Assembly: GCA_038087875.1 (NCBI GenBank)
Contig: CM075978.1
Location: 164,205,802 to 164,240,000, forward strand
Length of the DNA stretch: 34,199 nucleotides
DNA from: Malacoraja senta
Taxonomy: Eukaryota
Reading direction: 5' to 3'
In this document: positions 10,775 to 20,305 of the stretch, piece after piece
Layout: each line of letters opens with the position of its first letter
Position numbering within the stretch: the stretch's first letter is position 1
Program-made: the position numbers and the translations under genes
Notes under the pieces: generated by a model
What the model saw: only the letters and a program-made list of their open reading frames with translations
Database searches by the model: none
Told to the model about the DNA's origin: nothing

Positions 10775-11927
10775 ATTCCGGAAGAAATTCTTACTGATGT
10801 CAAAATAACGTGGCTGGATTTATTAATTAAATGGGGCTCTGATGAAAGATCGCACTCGAAACGTTAATCCAACACGGTAGACTCAAGAGTCACTAAGTTT
10901 AACTCAAGGGCCACCAAGTTCTTACAACGAGTTTAAATGTTTCCATTATTAACCTCGAGTAAATTTTACTCGTGGAAAACTTTAAACATGTTTGAACTTT
11001 TCAAGAGTTAACAAGTTTCACGGGTACCTGCCGTTAGCGCCACGAGTCGCTAAGTTGCGTCCACGAGTTCCGATGTTCCCACTACGTTAATCGTAAGTGA
11101 TTACCACGAGTTAAATTTGTTTTAAGCTCGGGATACCTCGTGGGTCAGCTCGCACCGTGAGACATGGGTTTAAGTGTCCAAATAACATTCACACAAGAAT
11201 TCACAATATAACATAATTTTTAAATCTCATTGTCATGGATTTATAGGCCAAATGGAAAGAATTTAATGTTTAATACCTGTAAATTAATGGCCATTTAAAT
11301 CATCTTGCGAGTGGTTTTTTCTGGAACGTGATCATTTGGAACGTTGCATTTGCGGTGAATTTAACCCCGTATCGGCATGAAAAATACTGCCGGTTCGTTC
11401 GGGGAAAAAAATCACCATTTCGCAACTTAAAATGTGAATAAAGGCATCTTAAGGAGCACTTTTATACATAAAATAAACGGCTTTCGTTTACCTGTCCCGT
11501 GCGTGAAATCCGTCTCCGTTGTCGGCGTTAGAAGCTGATTTTAAAATAACTCCAGCGCTGAACTTGTCAGGCGAATAAAAAAATAAATAACACAGAACGC
11601 CCGTCGGAACGGTTCTTCAGCAAAAGCTTGCACTCCAACGAAATATAATACAGGACAAGGTAGGAGAAACCCACGTTTTAACCACGCCCCCCCTCAAAGG
11701 CGCCAAAATCGCGCACACGGCCAGTGGCAGAATTGCAGCGCCGCTGAAGGTAAGTATTGTAACATACCTACTGAAGTGCGATGATGTTCTGCTTCCATTG
11801 CATGCACCTAGAACTAGCTTCCAAAGAATTGTTATGTGAAATATGTATAACAGCTATCGACATGTAAAATCCAGTGTTCAGAAGTTTATATGTTTAAGAA
11901 GTCCTTATTTTCTGTTTTTTTCTCCAG

Positions 11928-12016
11928 GTTACAGGTCAATTCCTCTTAAAAATGGTTACAATGAAGATATTGAATTAGCAGCTCTTCTAGTCCAATGTGA
12001 AGTGAATTATTTAGGG
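11928..12016 (+). CDS. PLCG2: PLCG2 exon, end of C2 domain
   Basis: tttctccag|GT TAC...TTA GGG|gtaaat; GYRSIPLKNGYNEDIELAALLVQCEVNYLG versus recalled human [30 protein letters not shown]. Confidence 0.95.
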
Positions 12017-12324
12017 GTAAATTATGTTTTTCTTCATAACGCTAATCTTTTCACGGGTGCTAGCTTTAACCCGTTGCTTAAAGCATTGATTGTTAAGAGC
12101 ACACATATATTTTCATGCATTTTCAAGGTCAAACAACCAGGTAAATAAACAACTTTCATTCAGTAGCATTTCAAATTCTTTAGTCTCTGTGATGAAGGAA
12201 AATGTCAGGAAATTAAGGGGATCAAGGAATAGATTTTCATCCTCACCAGTAGGAGATGCAGAGTTGTGTGGCTATTATAGAACAACACATTTGCATTGTA
12301 TTAATTTCAATGGAATAAAAGTCC

Positions 12325-12650
12325 AGTTTAGTTTAGTTTAGTTTAGAGATACAGCGCAAACAGGCCCTTCGGCCCACCGGGTCCGTGCCGACCAGTGATC
12401 CCCACATATTAACACTATCCTACACACACTAGGGACAATTTTTACATTTACCAAGCCAATTAACCTACAAACCTGTACGTCTTTGGAGTGTGGAAGGAAA
12501 CCGAAGATCTCGGAGAAAACCTACGCAGGTCACGGGGAGAACGTACAAACCCCGTGCAGACAGCACCCGTAGTCAGATCAAACCCAGGTCCCCGGTGCTG
12601 CAAGCACTGTAAGGCAGTAACTCTACCGCTGCACCACCATGCCACTGCCC
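12325..12650 (-). mobile_element. V-SINE (HE1-like), well preserved
   Basis: (TTTAG)n tail, V-domain, tRNA head GGTGCAGCGGTAGAG...GGGTTTGATC. Confidence 0.9.
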
Positions 12651-13249
12651 GGTTGGACTTGGTTGTGGGTATCTTATCCCTTCTCTGATATTCTCCAGTC
12701 CCTACCAGTCACCAGTCTATGTTGTCAGGTCTACCCAAGAGTTTTATTCATGAGAAATATTGTTAGATGGTTGGAAAGATGAAGTTTTGATGGCAAACAT
12801 GCACTTTTCAAAGATTCTACAATGCAAAAATAATAACTGATATACCTGTAGTACAATAAATAATGAACGAATTGACAAAGAGACAAATTAGCAAAAATCA
12901 TTCTTTAGTGAAATCAAATCAACATTGAACAAGCTATTGCCTAGTAATAGCTCTCCCACTGTTGTTATTCTCCGAGACTCATTTACTCCTGAGTTATCGT
13001 GTAATATGATTAAACTTTAGCTGCCTGATCAATTATAATATTTAGGTGGAAAATCCCATTCCTGATATGACACAGACTAAAATTGAATTGGCTACAAGTT
13101 CTAGTAGCAGTGAGTTGCAGTGAGAATAAAAACAAGATGAATCATCTACGCAACATATCTAGCTGAAGATGGTTGCAAATGCTTCAGCTTTATCCTTTAC
13201 AAGTGATCTGGGCTGCACGATTGGGAAGGATAGAAGGTCCATCTCCATA

Positions 13250-13545
13250 CGAACATACATAAGGACATACATGTTGAAGCAGAAATAGACCACACGACCC
13301 CTCGACCTTGCTTGTCATTAAATAAGGTCTTCGATGATCTGATCATCAGCTCAAGAAACCTTTTACCCCACCCACAAATGATCAAAGATATGTCTACTTC
13401 CTCCTTGAAAATATTCCATTGTCTTTTACTGCAAAAGACTCATGACTCTTGAGGGAGATGTTTATCTCTGTTTTAAACGGGTGACACCTTATTTTTAAAC
13501 AACGAACCCCAATTCTCGATCTCTCACGAGTGACAACATTCTGTT
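13250..13545 (-). mobile_element. Old CR1-like LINE 3' end
   Basis: ACATAAGGACATAC...GCAGAAATAGACCAC...CCCCTCGA pattern shared with the 15625 copy. Confidence 0.5.
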
Positions 13546-14224
13546 CTCATTGAAAAATGGAGACCTTTCTTCCATATCTAAGGCTGGGTCACTAAATGTT
13601 TGTCTTGGTACTTGTTATTCTAACAGAGAGGTATAAAAGACATATATAAATAAAAAATAAGTAAAGTAAGCTGTTTTGAGAAATAATCCATTTTGCAATA
13701 AGAAATCCATATTACCCACTAGGTACAACTATGATATCAGTTTACAGCATCCAGAGGAGTACAGAGCATGGCTAGATCAACCTCAAACTGATAGAATAAT
13801 GGATCATTGAATTCATTAGATTGCTAGAATGCAAATGCACATTATAATTTCAGTAGGTGAGAATTCATATTCCAGTCACACGAAAGTAAAACTAAAAAGT
13901 GTTTATTTATGCTTATGTGTGTCTTCTCTCATAACTGAATGACCACAGTGAATTTAGCATAAGAAAGTAAACTTATCTCTTGCAGTCTCTTCTAGTAAGC
14001 AGTAGATCTCACTTTTTAAGCCTGACACAAATTCAGATGTTTGTAAAAATTTGTAGACTAATGACTCGGTGAGAAATGATCCACAGTAATGAGTTGCTGG
14101 CATTCTATCAGGATTTAGACTGATGGGATCGGATTATTTATCATGTCGCATTATCACAGCCCTGGGAAAGTGTCACGTGACATTTAGCTAGATTAACACT
14201 AATTCCCCTCATTCATCACTGCAG

Positions 14225-14454
14225 ACAGGTGAAGAAGAACTGTACTCCTCGCGTCTGCAGTTATGGCAGCGGCCCGTTGAAGGGTTGTACGATACTGCCC
14301 CGGTCAGGCAGCGGACACTAGAAGGATTATATGGCAGCAGCAGCACGCCCCGGCAGAGGCAAGCGTGTGATCCGATGTTATACGATTCCAACACACTGCC
14401 AGCTAGCCGGAGCGGAGGACAGAGGGACCAACTTCCAGAGGTTCCAAAGAGGAG
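14225..14454 (+). CDS. PLCG2: PLCG2 penultimate coding exon (C-terminal tyrosine-containing tail)
   Basis: ctgcag|ACA GGT GAA GAA GAA CTG TAC TCC (TGEEELYSS; human ESEEELYSS)...AGG AG|gtatgc; phases fit both neighbours. Confidence 0.88.
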
Positions 14455-14854
14455 GTATGCATGTGAAACTTCTAATAATTTGCCATCACCTAGGAAGCTG
14501 CATGGAGGAGATATTTCACAAATTTCAAAAGGTATCACTGGAATTTTAAATTCATTGCACCCTGCAAGACAGAGCAGGAACAACCTCACCCTCAATAATC
14601 CCACTGATGCGTCCATTCACCGTTTAGAAAGGTGCTTACTGCTGGCTGCCGAGGGTTGCTCCTTACTTCATCTTGCAGCCCCTTTTAATTTTTCAGAATC
14701 CCCAACAATGTCCTATGTTTGAACTTCTGTCCGTATGCACTGGTCAGTTCTTTCAGCATTTGAGGTGAGTTTAAAGATGACTATCCAAGGCATTTTGCTG
14801 ACTGGGTTCCCAAAATATGAAAATCAACCCCATTCCTACATCTGATGCCTAGGT

Positions 14855-15135
14855 TCAAAAGTGTTTTATTGTATGTCCTAAAATGGAACAATGAAATATT
14901 TACTTGCAGCAGCACAACAATAGTACTCAGTAGGCACTTTGTGGTTCAGAGTTTAGTTGATGTTCGTAGTGTTTAATAGCCTGATGGTTGTTGGGAAGAA
15001 GCTGTTCCTGGATCTGGATGTTATAGTTTTCAGGCACCTATGGTTTCTTCCCAATGATAGATGTGAAATGAGAGTGGTGTGGGACCTTGATGATGTTGGC
15101 TGCCTTTTTGAGGTAGCATTTCCTATAGATGTCTT
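14855..15135 (-). mobile_element. Rex1/Babar LINE 3' end
   Basis: C-terminal motif TSRSRNSFFPTTIRLLN and a Rex-type 3' tail with AATAAA. Confidence 0.75.
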
Positions 15136-15624
15136 TGCTGGCTTCAAAGACACCTCACCCCAAAACTCCTTAATGGACTAAATAATGGAACAAATGCTGT
15201 TTCTATTTATGATTACGCTGCTTCTATTTATGATTATGATTCACATAATTTATGTTTTTTATCCAATCAACATAACATCAAATTTAATAAAATAGGAAGA
15301 GAGCAGGTTCAGATGTGCAAACATGTCATTGAAAAGTTTCTATTCTGCTCAGATTAACAATAAAATGTAATACTTTAGAGATAAATTAGCTATTCTAATG
15401 TGTCTCAACAGAACACAAACTATACTTTTAAGAGACACTGCATTCTTAAGGCCAGGAGCCCATAAGCATGTGAAACATCGTATTAGTTATCTAAAATTAG
15501 CTTAGACATTACTAACTGCTCAGAGGAAGGTAAAATATTCACTGCCCGTGGAAGATATTATTTCCTGGGATTTAACAATTTTCAGATTATATTCTGTAGG
15601 GTAAATATTAATATAGAAGTCTTA

Positions 15625-18165
15625 TAGAAACATAGAAAATAGGTGCAGGAGTAGGCCATTTGGCCCTTCGAGCCAGCAGCGCCATTCAATATGATCATGG
15701 CTGATCATCCAAAATCAATACACCGTTCCTGCTTTTTCCCCCCATATCCCTTGATTCTGTTAGCCCTAAGAGCTATATCCAACTCTCTCTTGAAAACATC
15801 GAGTGAATTGGCCTCCACTGCCTTCTGTGACAGAGAATTCCACAGATTCACAACTCTCTGGGTGAAAAGGTTTTTCCTCATCTCAGTCCTAAATGGCCTA
15901 CCCCTTATTCTTAAACTCTGACCCCTGGTTCTGGACTCCCCAACATTGGGAACATTTATCCTGCATCTAATGTAACCTGTCCAATCCCTTAAGAATTTTA
16001 TATGTTTCTACTAGATCCCCTCATCCTTCTAAATTCCAGTGAATATAAGATCAGTCGATCCATTCTTTCATCATATGTCAGTCCCACCATCCAGGGAAAT
16101 AACCTGGTGAACCTAAGCTGCACTACCTCAAGAGCAAGAATGTCCTTCCTCAAATTAGGAGACCAAAACTGCACTCAATACTCCAGGTGTGGTTTCACCA
16201 GGGCTCTGTACAACTGCAGTAGGACCTCCTTGCTCATACTCAAATCATCTCGCTATGACGGCCAACAGGCCATTTGCTTTCTTCACTGCCTGCTGTACAA
16301 GCATGCTTACTTTCAATGACTGAAGTACAAGGACATCCAGGTCTCGTTGCACATCCCTTTTTCCTAATCTGACATCAATCAGATAATAATCTGCCTTCTT
16401 GTTCTTGCACCAAAGTAGGTAACCTCACATTTATCCACATTATACGGCATCTGCCATGTATCTGCCCACTCACCCAATCTATGTATCCAAGTCATCCTGT
16501 AGCCTCATAGCATGGTCAAGCATGATTTCTCCTTCATAAAGCCATGCTGACTTTGACCAATCCTGTCACTGCTTTCCAAATGCGCTGCTATTACATCTTT
16601 AATAATCGACTCCAGCATCTTCCCCACTACCGATGTAAGGCTAACTGGTCTATAATTCCGTTTTCTCTGTCCCTCTTTTCTTAAAAAATGAGGTTACATT
16701 GGCTACCCTCCAGTCCACAGGAACTGATCCAGAGTCTATAGAACATTGGAAAATGATCACCAATGCATCCATGATTTCTAGGGCCACCTCCCCGAGTACT
16801 CTGGGATGCAGACCATCAGGCCCTGGGGATTTATCTGCTTTCAGTCCCAACAATTTACCTGACACCATTTCCTGACTAACGTGAATACCCTTCAGTTCCT
16901 TCCTCCCTGAGATCCCAGTCCCCTAGTATTTCTGGGAGATTGTTTGTGTCTTCTTTAGTGAAGACAGAACCAAAGTACTTGTTTAACTGGTCTGCCATTT
17001 CCTTGTTCCCATTATAAATTCACCTGTTTCTGACTGCAAGGGACCTACATTTGTCTTCACTAATCTTTTCCTCTTCACATATCTATAGAAGCCTTTACAG
17101 TCAGTTTTTATATTCCCCGCATGCTTTCTTTCATGCTCTATTTCCCCCTCTTAATTAACCCCTTAGTTCTCCTCTGTTAAACTCTAAATTTCTCCCAGTC
17201 CTCTGGTTTGCTGCTTCTTCTGGCCAATTTTGAATCCTTGGACTTAACACTATCCCTAATTTCCCTCGTTAGCAACGGTTGGGCCGTCTTCCCAGTTTTA
17301 TTTTTACGCCAGACGGGGATGAATAATTGTTGTATTTCATCCATGCTATCTTTAAATCTTTGCCATTGCATATCCACCGTCAACCCTTTAAGTATCATTT
17401 GCCAGTCTATCCTAGCAAATTCCCATCTCATGCCATCAAAGTTACCTTTCTTTAAGTTCAGGACCCTTGTCTCTGAATTAACCGCGTCACTCTCCATCGT
17501 AATGCAGAATTCTACCATATTATGGTCACTGTTGCCCAAGGGGCTTTGCACAAGATTGCTAACTAAGCCTTCATCACTGCACAATACCCAGTCGAGGATG
17601 GCCTGCCCTCTAGTTGATTCCTCTACATATTGGCTCAGAAAACCATCCTGTATACATTCCAAGAAATCCTCCTCCTCAGTGTTGTTACCAATTTGGTTGG
17701 CCCAATTTTTATGTAGATTAAAGTCACCCATGATAACGGCTATACCTTTGCTACACGCATCCCTAATTTCCTGTTTGATGTTATCCCCAACCTCACTACA
17801 GCTGTTTAGTGGTCTGTACACAATGCCAACAGCCATTTTCTGCCCTTGGCTATTTCACAGTTCTACCCATACAGATTCTACAACATCCAAGCTAATGTCT
17901 CTCCTTACAATTACATTAATCTCCTCTTTAACCAGCAATGTTATCCAGTAACAACTAACTGCGCATTCAATTCATCCACCTTATTATGATGCTCCCCGCA
18001 TTGAGGCACAAAGCTTTCAGGTTTGTTTTAATATTCTTAGCCCTTCCACTTTTACTTTTCTCCCTTTTGCTTCTGCCCTCAATTTACGACCCTCTGACTC
18101 CCTGCAATGGTTCCCATCCCCCTGCCATATTAGTTTAAACTCTTCTAAACAGCACTAGCAAACAC
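15625..18165 (-). mobile_element. CR1/HER1-like LINE, internally deleted and frameshifted
   Basis: APE endonuclease motifs IVYRP, MGDFN, ILDWVL, SDHN (17836-17177); KSPGPDGLHPRVL...DWRVANVT linker; RT 3' remnants; (TAGAAACA) tail. Confidence 0.92.
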
Positions 18166-18254
18166 TATGTACCACTCACTTCCCTGCATTGCCATGTTGT
18201 TCTTTGTTCCTCGAGTACCACATGCAGCCACAGTTATGATAATTAAGATTTATT

Positions 18255-18392
18255 CAGATATATGGATAGAAAAAGTTTGGAGGGAAATGGATCAGATGCA
18301 AGCAAGTGGAACTAGCTCGGTTCGGCAACTTGGTCGGAATGGACGGGTTGGGCCTATGGGCCTGTTTCCATGTTGTATAGATATATGACTCC
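18255..18392 (+). mobile_element. CR1-like 3' tail fragment
   Basis: ATGGATAGAAAAAGTTTGGAGGGA...GGGCCTGTTTCCATGTTGTAT. Confidence 0.65.
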
Positions 18393-19075
18393 ATGTCCCA
18401 CACTCTTGCTCTTCACCTGAAGCCCTTTTTTTATTTTTTATGTATTCCTTTTTACAAGTGAGCTTGATTTCAACGTCCTTCTGGCATTCACCACTGATTT
18501 TATACCAAATATATTTAATTTGATTCCAACAACTCTGTCAGAAGTAGGTTTGTCCATATCTTCTCTACGGCAACCTCTCTCAATACCAAATGCCTTGGTA
18601 AAACCCCTTAAGCCTGTCAGCTGTATGGAGAATGATACCAGGCTCTTAGATGTACCATCTGGACATGAAGGGGTAGTAAAGTTGTCGAGACATTCAACAA
18701 CATCTCAACAATGCCGCAGCAGAAATTCAAAAATTATTTCATTTCATTTAGTTTACTGCCACAGTGAAAGGTAGTGAAAAACTTTTGTGCGTGCTAACCA
18801 GTCCGCGGAAAGACAATACATGATTACAATCGAGCCATCCACAATATACAGATACATAATAAAGGGAAATGTTGCTGTCGGAGTAGAGGTTTAAAAGAGT
18901 GGAGTAATTGCAGTGCATGATTGCAGATCCACTCTGTGAGTAGCATACAAAGAATCACCTGGGTTGGGCACCATCATGGGTCTCATGTTTGTATTGTGCT
19001 GAACTTTTGCAGTATTGACCTTTAGAAGTCTAGGTTAAATATTAAAAGGCATTCTCTGTTATTTTTGCTTTTCAG

Positions 19076-19121
19076 AGGTAAAGATAAGGAAAAGAGAGTT
19101 GCTCACACCAACAAGTTTTAA
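19076..19121 (+). CDS. PLCG2: PLCG2 last coding exon
   Basis: ttttgcttttcag|A GGT AAA...TTT TAA; RGKDKEKRVAHTNKF* versus recalled human RLREKRVSNSKFYS*. Confidence 0.88.
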
Positions 19122-19432
19122 GTGTGAAAGAAGATTGCCTTTTGTCAGCATCCATGGTGCCAACATATTGTACAGCAAAAATATTGATTATTGTAAATTA
19201 GGAAATTGGTGGTTAATAGATCAGTATATTTAGTGGTTATTGCACTATATCTTGTTATTATTTTTGTTAGGTATTAGAATCATTAATCTCCCCACTTCAA
19301 TAACGTGCCTTTTATTTTCCACATTAAATGACCTGTTGACTCCAAAGGCTTTCAAAAGAATCTGCCCTACAAATGATAATCAATTTAAAAGTTATCACAT
19401 TTACAATCCCATGAAATGATCTTCAGATAAAG

Positions 19433-19630
19433 TAGACATAAAGAACTGCAGATGCTGGGATCATGAGCAAAATACACAAAGTGCTGGAGCAACTCATCGG
19501 ATCAGGCAGCACATCTGGAGTACACGGATGGGTGACATTTTGAGTTGGGACCCTTCAGAAACGTCACCAATCCATGTTCTCCAGAGAAGCTGCCTGGCCC
19601 TCCGCTAAATTACTCCAGCACTTTGTGTTT
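19433..19630. repeat. Fold-back (inverted) pair of hammerhead-family repeats
   Basis: ACACAAAGTGCTGGAG...CAGGCAGC...CTGGAG...GGATGGGTGAC / GTCACCAATCC...CTCCAG...GCTGCCTG...CTCCAGCACTTTGTGT. Confidence 0.75.
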
Positions 19631-19691
19631 TTTTCATTTTCAGATGAACTTGAGTTGAATTATCAAGTTTGAACTCTGGTAAAAAGAGATT

Positions 19692-19990
19692 GGGTTGGCA
19701 CAGTGGCATAGCTGGTAGAGCTCACAGCACCATAGACCTGGGATCAATCCTGACCTCAGGTGCTGTGTGCGTAGAGTTTGCAAGTTCTCCCTGTGACTCC
19801 GTGGGTTTCCGTTTCAGGTGCTTCAGTTTCCTCCCACATACCAAAGACATGCGGATTTGTAGGTAAATTGGCCTCTGAAAATTGCTCCCCGTGTGTCGGG
19901 AATAGATGTGTGAGATAACATAGAACTAGTGTGAACAAGTCAGCATGAACTCAGTGGGCCGAAAGGCCTGTTTCCATGCTATATTTCAAC
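19692..19990 (+). mobile_element. V-SINE (HE1-like)
   Basis: GGCACAGTGGCATAGCTGGTAGAG head, V-domain, GGGCCGAAAGGCCTGTTTCC tail. Confidence 0.85.
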
Positions 19991-20084
19991 CAATCAAAAT
20001 GAGATTGAACCCAAGACTTCAAAATTATTCTGGATTGCAAATGGGATTTAAATATTTAAGTAAAGTATAAAAAAGATAGATTGA

Positions 20085-20305
20085 GAAGCAAAATACTGCA
20101 GATGTTATAAAATTGAAATAAAAAAAATTGCAAATATACTCAATAGATCAGGCAATTTCTGTGGAGAGAAGCAGAAATGACATTTAAACTCGACAACCCT
20201 TTTCAGTAATTGAGATCTGATGAAGCGTCAACGACTTGAACTAGTAGCTCTACTTTTCACTCCACGGATGCTGTCTGATCAGATGAGTTTATCCCAAATT
20301 TTATG
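20085..20305. repeat. Older fold-back repeat of the same type
   Basis: AATACTGCAGATG...GATCAGGCAATTTCTGTGGAG / CTGATGAAG...CTCCACGGATGCTGTCTGATC. Confidence 0.55.

Larger units (their letters stand above)
7757..11170. mobile_element. Non-autonomous PIF/Harbinger element carrying host-gene cargo
   Basis: ~44-bp TIRs AAGCCCTGTCTCACGGTGCGAGTTGACCCACGAGGTACCCCGAG / CTCGGGATACCTCGTGGGTCAGCTCGCACCGTGAGACATGGGTT; TAA TSD at 7754-7756 and 11171-11173; the empty site GCCTAAGTGTCC is visible at ~7085 in the paralogous segment. Confidence 0.9.
6659..11770. mobile_element. Non-autonomous TIR DNA transposon (hAT-like TAG...CTA termini) with duplicated right half; hosts the Harbinger
   Basis: TIR TAGCAATGTTACAA (6659) versus TTGTAACATACCTA (ends at 7698 and 11770); TSD CTGAAGT at 6652-6658 and 11771-11777; superfamily uncertain. 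Confidence 0.8.

Noticed and set aside
10028-10797. Plus-strand ORFs of 234, 115 and 114 aa
   Set aside because: Antisense shadows of the minus-strand cargo frame
14455-14722. Continuation of the 145-aa ORF beyond the exon
   Set aside because: The donor at 14455 links in phase to the conserved last exon; read-through has no support
15197-15238. 21-bp tandem duplication
   Set aside because: Ordinary slippage duplication in an intron
17208-17951. 247-aa plus-strand ORF
   Set aside because: Antisense to the CR1 endonuclease
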